Shown piece after piece: positions 29,662-42,015 of a stretch of 64,000 nt of DNA; position 1 is the first letter of the stretch, and each line of letters opens with the position of its first letter. The notes beneath the pieces are model-generated. The model ran no database searches, was not told the DNA's origin, and was given only the letters and a program-made list of their open reading frames with translations. This stretch comes from Macrostomum lignano (taxonomy: Eukaryota), in the NCBI GenBank assembly GCA_002269645.1, contig NIVC01000440.1:62001-126000 (forward strand), written 5' to 3'. The position numbers were made by a program, and so were the translations under genes.

Positions 29662-31284
29662 ATGGCATTCTGGAAGAAGCCAACAGTGCAGGAGCAGATG
29701 CGGGCCAACGATCGGGAGCTGAAGAAGACCCAGCGAGATCTGGAACGCGACCGGGGCCATCTGGAGCGCGAGGAGAAACGCATCGAAGGGGAGATTAAAA
29801 AAGCAGCAAAGCAGGGCAACAAGGAGGCCTGCTCGGTGCTGGCGAAACAGCTGGTCCGCCTGCGGCAGCAGAAGACCCGCAGCTACGCTATGGGCAGCAA
29901 AGTGTCCGCTGTTGGCACTCAACAGAAAGTGATGGGCGCCAATTTGAAAATGGCCGACGCTATGAAGACCACGACAAAGACTATGGGCCAGATGAATAAA
30001 GCGATGTCGCCGGAGGACACCATGAAAACTATGCGTCAGTTTCAGGAGTCCAACATGAAGATGGAGATGTCCGAGGAGACTATGAACGAAGCTTTGGACG
30101 ACATTTTTGCCGGCTCGGATGATGAAGCTGAGCAGGATAAGGTGAGAGGCTGGACTGTGATCAATAGTAATCCCATAGGATTATTAGCAATAGATTTCAT
30201 GTTTTTCCTATTAGATTTCATATTTATCCCAATGGAAAATCCATATTTTTCCACATTCAGGATCCATATCTATCGCAATTAAAAATTTATATTTATCCCA
30301 ATTGAAAATCCATATTTATACCTATTCAGAATTCATATTTATCCCGATTTGGAATCCATATTTATCCTTATTCAGTGAAGAGTTTATTGGGTGGTGATGA
30401 GTCACTCAATAACTCCCTACGTCCGAAACGTAACGGATAACTCAATTCAAATCAATAATCCTCTAGGAATGTATCCTAGGAAACAAGGAGGCCTGTCTCA
30501 AATGTGTCGACAATCAATGGCTCTCGTAATCTCAATTAATCAACTTATTAGCGCTAGTAACAAATAACTAAATCGGGTAAACGCTTACGAATCGGTCCGG
30601 ATTTCTTCTCTCAGAGATGGGTCTTCTTAGTTGACGTATTCCAAGGTATTCCTTGAGACCTCTCTGAGTCTGAAGGGGTCATGCATGTTTGATCGTTTCC
30701 ATATATGGAATTAAGCAAATACAACTCCCGAGAACCGGTTCCTTGATCAAATAAACGTCGGTCCTACGTAGGGCTCTGAGTCACTTCTGTTTGCACGTGA
30801 CTCATTCTAAAAATAGAATTTATAAAAATAGATATGACTCATCATGACTCATTCTAAAATTAGATTGCGAGTTTAAATTAATTTTATTAGAATATTATAT
30901 TAGGTAGTGCGTTCTGATATGATTTACAGTTCTCTACATCAGAATCCATATTTATCCCCATTCAGAATCCATATTTATCCCCATTCAGAATCCATATTTA
31001 TCCGGTATCCCCATTCAGAATCCATATTTATCCCCATTCAGAATCCATATTTATCCCACTCAAAATCGAGTTCCCTATCATATTGCACATGACTCCCATA
31101 CCCATCAACCAACTCCCGCCAGGTAGTGGCCCAAGTCCTAGATGAAATCGGCATCGACATGAATGCCCAGATGTCCAAGGCGCCGTCTACGTCGGCAGCA
31201 ACGCCGGGGGCAGCCGCAGCCTCATCTAGCAAAGACGATGACGAAGAGATGCTGAAAAGGCTGGCCGGACTCTCCGCACCTTGA
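29662..31284 (+). CDS. CHMP2B: Charged multivesicular body protein 2B (ESCRT-III), 213 aa
   Basis: Exons 29662-30141 and 31123-31284. NKEACSVLAKQLVRLRQQKTR...MKMEMSEETMNEALDDIFAGSDDE...VAQVLDEIGI matches CHMP2B. Confidence 0.95.
30230..31060. repeat. 23-bp intronic repeat (ATCCATATTTATCCCCATTCAGA) in two blocks separated by ~550 bp of unrelated sequence
   Basis: Blocks at ~30230-30372 and ~30940-31060. Confidence 0.8.
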
Positions 31285-31876
31285 GAACAGTGTTTTTGCT
31301 CGATGGACTCAGGTCTAGAAGCAAAGGCTGCCTTTTCAAATCAATATTTTGTATAAAATTTAAATAGCAATTTACTTTTTGTCTGCTATAAGTAGTATTG
31401 AGCATAAATCCGCGCTATTTTCGGTCGGAAAATATTCTAAATAAAAGCAGCCTTTGCGCCGTTTTCTAACCAAAACACATAACTGCTCGCAAACTGCTGG
31501 TGGTGTAGAATATTTGATAAAATCTGTGATTTCATGTTTCACTATCATTTATTCAAGCGAGTGTCTGAGTCCAATTAAACTAAATCTATCCGGATGTGAA
31601 TGTGACATACTTCTGCTATTTGCTGTCTAAAGTGAATGGTTCAAATTTCAAATGAGTCCCTGTCTTTTGTTTGTAGCAAAAATATTTATTCTGTTCAATA
31701 TTTATTTACTCTGTTTGCGTCTGCTTTTTTAATAATAATTTTGCCCCATCATTTTATTCAGACTAAAATAAGTGCATTGCTTTAAGTGATCAGTTTTATT
31801 AAAATTATCGTAGAGGTTTATTAACTTCTTTCTATTTTAAATCAGGTTTATAACGTGTACTCGATTAAAAAAGTTT

Positions 31877-32560
31877 GCTAGATTAGCAATCCATTCTATT
31901 CCTTCAGGGATGTTGGCTAGATTAGCAATCCTTTCTATTCCTTTAGTGGTGTTGGCTAGATTAGCAATCCATTCTAAATTCCTTCAGTGATGTTGGCTAG
32001 ATTAGCAATCCATTCTAAATTCATTCAGTGTTGTTGGCTAGATTAGCAATCCATTCTATTCCTTCAGGGATGTTGGCTAGATTAGCAATCCATTCTAAAT
32101 TCATTCAGTGTTGTTGGCTAGATTAGCAATCCATTCTATTCCTTCAGGGATGTTGGCTAGATTAGCAATCCATTCTAAATTCATTCAGTGATGTTGGCTA
32201 GATTAGCAATCCATTCTATTCCTTTAGTGATGTTGGCTAGATTAGCAATCCATTTTATTCCTCCAGTGATGTTGGCTAGATTAGCAATCCATTCTAAATT
32301 CATTCAGTGATGTTGGCTAGATTAGCAATCCATTATATTCCTTTAGTGATGTTGGCTAGATTAGCAATCCATTCTATTCCTTTAGTGATGTTGGCTAGAT
32401 TAGCAATCCATTTTATTCCTCCAGTGATGTTGGTTGGCTAGATTAGCAATCCATTATATTCCTTTAGTGATGTTGGCTAGATTAGCAATCCATTTTATTC
32501 CTCCAGTGATGTTGGCTAGATTAGCAATCCATTCTATTCCTTCATTGATGTTGGCTGGAT
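31877..32560. repeat. 39/41-bp intergenic minisatellite (TGTTGGCTAGATTAGCAATCCATTCTATTCCTTCAGTGA)
   Basis: About 17 copies between CHMP2B and CIAO1. Confidence 0.95.
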
Positions 32561-32570
32561 AGCTGGCTAG

Positions 32571-32880
32571 GGGTTGTAGCCTAGTGGTTCGTGTCGCACT
32601 CATGACTTGAAGGTCGGGGGTTCGATTCCTGATCCCACTGGAACATTTTGTGTCCTTGAGCAAGCCATTTAACTCTGCATGGCTTCAGTTCACCCTGCTG
32701 TAAAATGGGTGCCAGCATTAGCTGGGATAACTGAGGGTGTGCGTGGCGACCCCTCCCCCCAGTCCTTGGACTGAACAGCCGTACGCAGCCTTCAGATGCA
32801 CCGCGCAATAGCTGTGGCTGAGCTGTCGGTTGCACATCTGGCTGAATTGAGGCAGGTGTTGTCAATTGTTATTATTATTA
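32571..32880 (+). mobile_element. tRNA-headed SINE with CORE-like central domain, (ATT)n tail and 7-bp TSD
   Basis: A box TAGCCTAGTGG; B box GGTTCGATTCC; TGTGTCCTTGAGCAAG..TTAACTCT...CTGTAAAATGGG; tail TTATTATTATTA; TGGCTAG at 32564-32570 and 32881-32887; second copy at 53303-53585. Confidence 0.85.
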
Positions 32881-32969
32881 TGGCTAGATTAGCAATCCAT
32901 TTTACTTCTTAACGAATGTTACCTAGAATTTTTTTCCGGAATATATATTTGGAAAAAATACTTGTAACG

Positions 32970-32986
32970 TGCTACTCACCCCGCAG
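32970..32986 (+). promoter_or_regulatory. 3' splice acceptor in front of the ATG-less CIAO1 ORF (candidate trans-splice site)
   Basis: TGCTACTCACCCCGCAG|GCC; in-frame TAG at 32924-32926 with no in-frame ATG in between. Confidence 0.6.
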
Positions 32987-33639
32987 GCCTCAGTAGTATC
33001 ATTAGCGCAGACCCTAGACGGCCACTCGGACAGGGTGTGGTGCGTCGCTTGGTCACCCGACGGCCGATTGTTGGCCACCTGCGGCGGGGATAAAACTATT
33101 CGCCTGTGGCAGTGCGAGCTGAGCACAGATCAAAGCAACAACAGGCGCTTGAGTCACTGCGACACCCTGAGTGGCGAGCACCACCGAACCATTCGATCTG
33201 TCGCCTTCTCGCCCTGCAGTAGACGATTGGCCTGCGGCAGCTTCGATGCAACTATTACAGTTTATAGCAGGCAGGACGGCGAGGTTGGGAGTCGATTCGA
33301 ATCCGTGGCCAAGCTGGAGGGTCACGAGAACGAGGTCAAGGACGTGGCCTGGTCCCCGTCGGGTCACTATCTGGCCACGTGCGGACGGGACAAGAGTCTG
33401 TGGGTGTGGGAAAGTGAGTTTTCTCGCCTGCGTTCGTGTTGCTTCAATGAATTTTTCGCTACATATCGGCTGGCTAGGCTATTGGTTGAGAATGATTGAA
33501 TTGATTGAGACAGACTGGCAGACAGGCATACAGACAGAGAGACAGACAGACACACACAGACAGACAGGCAGACAGACAGACAGACAGACAGACACACACA
33601 GACAGACAGGCAGACAGACAGACAGACAGACAGACACAC

Positions 33640-33682
<43 letters not shown>

Positions 33683-33698
33683 CACACAGACAGACAGG

Positions 33699-33748
<50 letters not shown>

Positions 33749-34116
33749 GGCAGGCAGGCAGACAGACAGACAGACAGACACACAGGCAGACAGACACTAA
33801 GACAGACAGGCAGACAGACACACAGGCAGACAGACAGACACTAAGACAGACAGGCAGACAGACAACCAAACAAACAGACGCGCATTTGCCCTATCGAATG
33901 TACTTATCAGATTATTTATTAGCTAAGCTAATCTTTTCAATTTTTTGCAGTGGACGACGACTCGGACTTTCAGTGCCTGAGCGTCACTCAGCCGCACAGT
34001 CAGGACATCAAATGCGTGGTCTGGCATCCACAGTCCGAGGTGAGCATCTGCTTTTTCTGTTTTAGTGTCTGTCTGTCTCTGTGTCTGTCTGTCTGTCTGT
34101 CTGTCTATCTGTCTTA

Positions 34117-34180
<64 letters not shown>

Positions 34181-35867
34181 CACCTGTCCGCCCCCTTACC
34201 GCCAGATCCTGGCCACGGCCAGCTACGATGACACGCTGAAGCTACACCGAGAGGACGGCGACGACTGGTGCAGCTTCGCCACCCTGTCCGGCCACGAGTC
34301 CACGGTGTGGCGGGCGGCCTTCAGCCCGGACGGCAAGCGGCTGGCTTCGTGTAGCGCAGATCGAACTCTGCGCGTCTGGTCAGCGGCTGGCGCGCCTACG
34401 GATGGTCCGACAACCTGGCGGTGCGAGGCAACGCTGACGGGCGGACACGAGCTGCCGATTTTCTCTTGCAGCTGGTGGGTTTGGCTACTTTTAGTTTATG
34501 GTTATTTCCTGTAAAGAATACTGAATTGGTATCTGTCTGTTCATTCTGCGGGTATCTTTTCTTACGCTGGATATCTAGCGTCTATAGGTCTCTGGTCTCT
34601 CTGCAGATTTCTACTCTCTTTGCAGGTATCTATTCTCTATGCAAGTGTCTACTGTCTAGCCTCTCCTCGGCTGTCTACTCCATATCTACAGTTATCTACT
34701 CTCTATCTACAGTTATCTACTCCCTATCTACAGTTATCTACTCTCTATCTACAGTTATCTACTCCCTATCTACAGTTATCTACTCTCTATCTACAGTTAT
34801 CTACTCTCTATCTACAGTTATCTGCTCTCTATCTGCAGTTATCTACTCCCTATCTACAGTTATCTGCTCTCTATCTGCAGTTATCTACTCCCTATCTACA
34901 GTTATCTACTCTCCATCTACAGTTATCTACTCTCCATCTACAGTTATCTACTCTCTATCTACAGTTATCTACTCTCTATCTACAGTTATCTGCTCTCTAT
35001 CTGCAGTTATCTACTCCCTATCTACAGTTATCTACTCTCCATCTACAGTTATCTACTCTCCATCTACAGTTATCTACTCTCCATCTACAGTTATCTACTC
35101 TCCATCTACAGTTATCTACTTCCTATCTACAGTTATCTACTCTCTATCTACAGTTATCTACTCTCCATCTACAGTTATCTACTATCTATCTACAGTTATC
35201 TACTCTCTATCTACAGTTATCTGCTCTCTATCTGCAGTTATCTACTCCCTATCTACAGTTATCTACTCTTCATCTACAGTTATCTACTCTCCATCTACAG
35301 TTATCTACTCTCCATCTACAGTTATCTACTTCCTATCTACAGTTATCTACTTCCTATCTACAGTTATCTACTCTCTATCTACAGTTATCTACTCTCTATC
35401 TACAGTTATCTACTTCCTAGATCTACAGTTATCTACTTCCTAGATCTACAGTTATCTACTCTTTATCTACAATTATCTACGTCCTAGATCTACAGTTATC
35501 TCCTCTCTATCTACAGTTATCTACTCCCTATCTACAGTTACCTACTCTATCTACAGTTATCTACTCTCTATCTGCAGTTATCTACTCTATCTACAGCTAT
35601 CTCTGCAGCAACAAACACACTGCTCATTCTCATGCCCCAATCCGCAGGCACCCGTCGCGGGACTGGCTCTTGTCAGCTTCCCAGGACAACTCCATCTGCC
35701 TGTGGACAGCCAACACCGACTCCGGCTGCTGGGATCTCGTCGAACGAGTCGCCGACGCGCACTGCGAAGATGTCAACGATGTGAAATGGCATCCAACAAT
35801 TGACAACCTGTTTGTCAGTGTTGGCGACGACTGCCTGGTCAAAGTGTGGACCGTTGACTCTCGCTGA
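32987..35867 (+). CDS. CIAO1: Cytosolic iron-sulfur assembly WD40 protein CIAO1 (~335 aa; no genomic ATG found)
   Basis: Exons 32987-33413, 33951-34039, 34206-34474, 35648-35867. [65 protein letters not shown] are CIAO1 signatures. Confidence 0.93.
33505..33880. repeat. (CAGA)n intronic microsatellite
   Basis: Directly visible. Confidence 0.95.
34065..34180. repeat. (TCTG)n intronic microsatellite
   Basis: Directly visible. Confidence 0.95.
34675..35600. repeat. 21-bp intronic minisatellite (TCTACAGTTATCTACTCTCTA)
   Basis: About 44 copies; the STVIYSL / LQLSTLY ORFs are artefacts. Confidence 0.95.
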
Positions 35868-36385
35868 TCGCTTCTATGGCGTAGTATTGTTTAATCGTAG
35901 TTCCGAGGTTAGATTAGCAATCCACTATTAGTACCGAGCTATCAAGCATATAGCAACTCGACCTGTTTGAAATGCCTTCTCGATTTGTTGCATCAATTTG
36001 CATTCAATTTAATTATGATTTGCAAATTTTTAATAAATATATTTTAGCATTGTATTTTGCCACAGTACTACTTGTAGCGTGTCTAAGCGTTTATTTTACA
36101 ACCAAACTATAGTCAGAGGTCGCGAATTCGATGGTGTCCCTTGATATCTGAATTTGAAATGTATTAGTAAAATGCGATGGGAGACTAATTCAGGGGAGGT
36201 CTAGAGGGTCCAGAGTTCGATTCCTAAAGTTGCGTAGTTTCAATATCCGACCAAATGCCGTAACAACTACAATAGAACTTGATTTTGTACAAAATGCATG
36301 CGTTCCCTATAACCTTCTATTCGGTGATTAATATAAAAGTGCAAACCGAAAGTTTCCGAAGACAGACAGACAGAGGCAACAGAAC

Positions 36386-38685
36386 ATGTGCAGCGCGCCC
36401 TACAACCCGTCTGATTGGTCGGGAGGATTCCAGATGGATGATCAGCAGCAGCATCAGGCGCCAGTTTACTATGGCCAGCAGGATATGTAAGAATATAACA
36501 AAAATACTTTGCACTTCTTACTTTTCTTGTCCTGTGCAATGTCTTTCTTTCTTCTTTTCAAAAGGAACTTCGCCTCGTATGACTACGGAGCCGGCAGTCA
36601 GCCACAGCCGCAGCAGCAGCAGCAGCAGTTTTACGGCGCCGGCCATCAGCCATATCAGCCACAGCCTACAGCTGTATTCGATCCGTATGCTAACCACCCG
36701 GCCTACTCTGGCCAGATGTTCGTCCCGAGCAGCATTGGGAGTGCCAGCGGCGGCCCACCAGGCGACAAAGGACCCTCATCTGGTGGCGACAACTTCGAAG
36801 ATGAGCCGCCATTACTGGAGGAGCTGGGCATTAATTTTGATCATATTACTCAAAAGGTGGGTGTTTTTTAGACCTTTTATACTTGATTAGACAGGCTCTG
36901 AACAGACAGGTAGATTGATTAGACAGGCTCTGAACAGACAGGTAGATTGATTTAGACAGGCTCTAAACAGACAGGTAGATTGATTAGACAGGCTCTGAAC
37001 AGACAGGTAGATTGGTTAGACAGGCTCTGAACAAACAGGTAGATTGATTAGACAGACTCTGAACAAACAGGTAGATTGATTAGACAGACTCTGAACAGAC
37101 AGGTAGATTGATTAGACAGACTCTGAACAAACAGGTAGATTGATTAGACAGACTCTGAACAAACAGGTAGATTGATTAGACAGACTCTGAACAAACAGGT
37201 AGATTGATTAGACAGGCTCTGAACAAACAGGTAGATTGATTAGACAGGCTCTGAACAAACAGGTAGATTGATTAGACAGACTCTGAACAAACAGGTAGAT
37301 TGATTAGACAGACTCTGAACAGACAGGTAGATTGATTAGACAGACTCTGAACAAACAGGTAGATTGATTAGACAGACTCTGAACAGACAGGTAGATTGAT
37401 TAGACAGACTCTGAACAAACAGGTAGATTGATTAGACAGACTCTGAACAAACAGGTAGATTGATTAGACAGGCTCTGAACAAACAGGTAGATTGATTAGA
37501 CAGGCTCTGAACAAACAGGTAGATTGATTAGACAGACTCTGAACAAACAGGTAGATTGATTAGACAGACTCTGAACAGACAGGTAGATTGATTAGACAGA
37601 CTCTGAACAAACAGGTAGATTGATTAGACAGGCTCTGAACAAACAGGTAGATTGATTAGACAGACTCTGAACAGACAGGTAGATTGATTAGACAGACTCT
37701 GAACAAACAGGTAGATTGATTAGACAGACTCTGAACAAACAGGTAGATTGATTAGACAGACTCTGAACAAACAGGTAGATTGATTAGACAGACTCTGAAC
37801 AGACAGGTAGATTGATTAGACAGGCTCTGAACAAACAGGTAGATTGATTAGACAGACTCTGAACAAACAGGTAGATTGATTAGACAGACTCTGAACAGAC
37901 AGGTAGATTGGTTAGACAGGCTCTGAACAGACAGGTAGATTGGTTAGTTAGTGTAGACAGGTTTGTTCGATTAAGAAAAAAGACTCATTTAAATCAACAC
38001 TTTTGCGTGTTTTCAACTGCTTACTTTAAGTAGCCGCGTCGTATATTTGTCCGCCTTGCAGACCCTGATGGTGCTGAATCCGTTAAAACAAGCCGATATG
38101 GAGGCTATGAAAGACACGGACTTGGCTGGCCCTTTGGTGTTCTGTTTGGCCTTTGGTGGCGCTTTGCTACTGGTAATTTCATGTTTTTAAATCCTCACTT
38201 CTCTACTTACAGTAATAACAATGCTAGTAGTAAAAAAATTTGATTTTAATTTATAAAACCGCTAAAATTGTCAGACGGGCAAACTGCATTTTGGCTACAT
38301 CTACGGCATTGGCGTCACCGGCTGTCTAGCTCTGTACATGCTGCTCAACATGATGAACACCACGACTGTGCAGCTGACATCCGTCATGTCCACCCTTGGT
38401 TATTGTCTGCTGCCAATGTGTCTGCTGTCTTTGATGGCTGTTGTGGTGTCTCTGCGGTTAGTGGCGCTGCTGTTCTGCAGCCTGTTGGGTTTCTGAATGA
38501 CAGTTAGATAGATAGATTGATAGATTGATAGATTGATAGATTGATAGATTGATAGATTGATAGATGATAGATAGATAGAAAGATAGATAGATAGATACAG
38601 AGATAGATGATAGATAGATAGATAGATGATAGATAGATAGATTGATAGATTGATAGATTGATAGATGATAGATAGATAGATAGAT

Positions 38686-38722
<37 letters not shown>

Positions 38723-38999
38723 GATAGATAGATGGATAGATAGATAGATTGATTGATTGATTTATTTATTGATTGATTGATTGGTTTATTGGTGGACAGA
38801 TTATAACAGTAGAAATCATCTATTTAAACTCTGCAGCAGCCTTGCGGGCATCATACTCACCAGCTTGACGGTGGCCTGGTGCGCTTACTCGTCTAGTAAA
38901 TTATTCGTCAATGCCCTATCAATGGATCATCAACGCCTGCTAGTGGCCTATCCCTGCGCTCTGGTCTACGGAGTATTCGCACTGCTCACTGTGTTCTAA
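36386..38999 (+). CDS. YIPF5: Yip1 family Golgi/ER protein YIPF5 (~282 aa)
   Basis: Exons 36386-36486, 36565-36856, 38062-38172, 38275-38456, 38837-38999. [71 protein letters not shown]. Confidence 0.95.
36885..37945. repeat. 32-bp intronic minisatellite (GATTGATTAGACAGACTCTGAACAAACAGGTA)
   Basis: About 33 copies. Confidence 0.95.
38505..38790. repeat. (GATA)n/(GATT)n intronic microsatellite
   Basis: Directly visible. Confidence 0.95.
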
Positions 39000-39359
39000 A
39001 GATTAACTAAATCTAGTTTTTGTTTCGCTGTATGTATTTTTAATTGGGTTTTGCAAATTTTTTTGATGCCGAGATTAGCATGACATTGTGCCTGAATGTT
39101 ATTAACTATCTATATGAATATACTAACTGGTCGTATTGCTCCTCGAATCCCCACCTCAACAACTCTGTTTTGGGCAACTATTTTAAAGTAGAAACATCTG
39201 GTAATTGTGTAGAGTTTTTCAATTCCATTTATCGTTGTTAAAAATGTATTAAGTTATGGTCAGTACGACTAAGTAGAATAATTATTAAAAAGATATAAAG
39301 TTTGATATCTCGGATTTGACTACGCTCGTAGTAAAACCAATATAGCTTCCAGCATTGTA

Positions 39360-39828
39360 CAACACAGCAGCGATAAAGTGGAGTTTAACTGGGGTAGAAA
39401 ATAAGGTGGTGGGTGCTAAATGGTCGGCTAGAGAACTGATAAGCCTCGCCCACTGCGCACAGCAGTGATAAAGTGAGGATAGCTGGAATAGGAAATGGGG
39501 TGGTGGGTGTCAAATGGTCGGCTAGAGAACTGATAAGCCTCGCCCCACTGCGCACAGCAGTGATAAAGTGAGGGTAGCTGGAGTAGGAAATGGGGTGGTG
39601 GGTGTCAAATGGTCGGCTAGAGAACTGATAAGCCTCGCCCCACTGCGCACAGCAGTGATAAAGTGAGGATAGCTGGAATAGGAAATGGGGTGGTGGGTGT
39701 CAAATGGTCGGCTAGAGAACTGATAAGCCTCGCCCCACTGCGCACAGCAGTGATAAAGTGAGGGTAGCTGGAGTAGGAAATGGGGTGGTGGGTGTCAAAT
39801 GGTCGGCTAGAGAACTGATAAGCCTCAC
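39360..39828. repeat. 95-bp tandem repeat, ~5 copies
   Basis: CACTGCGCAC recurs at 39451, 39546 and 39641. Confidence 0.9.
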
Positions 39829-42015
39829 CCTGGCTTCTTTAAAAGTTAGCACATACTCTTATCTCAGTAGTAAGTAGTGTGTTAGGAAAACAATCCCTAC
39901 TGACTGCTTTAAGCAAATCTCTGATTAATTTCTCCACCGCAATAATTGTTTTGGGCTATTTTAATTAGTAGCTATGCCTCTACTAGTATTCTGCGAATCC
40001 TACAGGATTTACTTATTGATTTATTTTATGCTGTGTGTAGAATAATAACAATGAGTTCGTCCCTCAGTCGCCGGCCCTTCCTGTAGTTGTCATGGTAACA
40101 GTTATTTTTTGCCGGTTTCAATGTTAGCTCGTATTTTGCCACTTTGGATTTTGGTAGTGCAAAAAATGTGCAGCAAAAATATATGCTTTGCGTGAATTCC
40201 CGCCGACTTGAATTTGGTCGTTTCTGATCTTCACCATAGAAATTGAACGTGCTTTTTATGCGCTAGTTTTTTACATAAATAATAGTGTGTAATTGCAGTG
40301 TGTGGGTTCCATTCTAAAGTTCAGTGTCGATGTGCATTATTTCGGCACATCTTCGAACACGACTAGATATACGAGTATATTCGAGCTAGTTCTATCAAGA
40401 AGTTTGAAACCTAAGATAATGTTCAAAGCACAAAAGAGAGAGAGATTGTACAAATTTCAGTGGAGGCAGGCAAATTTTAGCCACAAATTTCATTGAAGAA
40501 GGATGTTCTGGGATTCAAATTTGATGTGCCTTACCTTCTGAATCTTAGAATGTCACAATGAAGCAAACATTTTTGCTCTGAACAGCCTTTTTATTTCTCT
40601 CCTTGATCGAGTTAGACTATGTTAGAACCTATTGTGTATTGAACCCATTAGAGCGACTTTCTGGCGCAAAAAGACCATAGACATTAAAATATCAGCCGCT
40701 GTCATACATGAAAGAAAATAACTGGATTGCTCACTGTATGGGTCGAAAAAGCATTACTTTAATCCATGGCCGCAGTTGAAGTGGAACCTTCCAGTGATTA
40801 TTATAGTCTATGGCCAGCCAGCCCATACGGAGCTAATTCTAGCGCAACATCATGGCAAAAATCGTGCTATAGATACTTATCAACAGGCCTGCAGCTTCAA
40901 CTCGAGAACCCTACGTTGCTCGCAGTCCGACGGCGAAAAGGTGATGATGTCGAAAGCTACATGTACATTTACAGCCGCCGTCGCACCAACCCAGGTGTGC
41001 GCGAGACCAACTCCTCAAATAACCCACCCGGAAGCGTCATCAGAATCACCAGGTGTTCTGAAGTCTGTTGTCTTAAAATTCAATTTTAATTCTAGTTATT
41101 AGACTTGTTTTCTCTATGTTGATATGCTTACTATGGAACGTTATGTGCATTTATACATGTAAATTCTCAGCATCTACCGAGTGAGGGTGCAGAGATCGAC
41201 CAGTATCAACCAAATTACCCTGCAGGGCTGGGTTTCAAAACTTCAAAGAAAATGTGAAGAACTTTTCTGCACAGAATGCATGCACTAGCAGGGTAAAATA
41301 TAGAGCTGAAACTGAAATTCGGTGGGTGTTACAATTTTGAGCAGTTTTGGGCGGCCCCTGCAGCAGCTGCATCTTGTGTAGCTCTCAGCATCATTTGTAG
41401 CCCTTGGCACAAATAGATTGTTCTTCACGTATTTCATATAGGAGAAACTCACAATAGACAATATACAAAAAAGCTTTTGTTCATTGACTCACAAGAAATC
41501 TACCCTAGCCAATGGCTGCTTCCCACACACTCAACTGGAGTGTGGGTATGCAAAAATTTAGAAACCCTATATTTTTCTGCCTCATCATTCCTCGGTGAAA
41601 AAAAAACAGACAGCAACTCAACCGTCTTAGCATATGGAGTTTTCCGTCCACTCGCTCGCCCCATTAAAACTGCGGCATGCAGACCTGCTGTCACTAATAA
41701 AGTTTTCCACGTTGCAACGCTGCAATTCGGGCACAGATGAGCCGCTGGCTGCAGGGGGGGCACCGCACCAGCTCACACCGTGCTTACTCTGCTGTGCTCA
41801 CTGCACACAATAGGGTCAATGTACAGTCAGAGAGAAACATGAGAAAGGGTGGATAGAAGGACAGCGAAAACAACTCCTTCGCCTTCACACAGTTGCACGA
41901 ACGATTTTATTTAAGTAAGCCCCCACCGCTCCAGAGCGCAATAAGCTCCCCCCTGACTCTGTGCCTTCGCTTGCAGCCTCAGCTCAGACTTCTTACAGTG
42001 CAACTCCCATCAGCC

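Noticed and set aside
30375-30435. Penelope-type hammerhead ribozyme (TGATGAG...CGAAAC)
   Set aside because: The core reads GTGATGAG rather than CTGATGAG, and the required stems were not evident.
32571-32645. tRNA gene
   Set aside because: tRNA-like head followed by a SINE body, tail and TSD; the two copies differ in the anticodon loop.
31877-39828. CRISPR-like appearance of the regular 32-95-bp repeats
   Set aside because: Units are contiguous with no unique spacers, there are no cas genes, and the context is eukaryotic.
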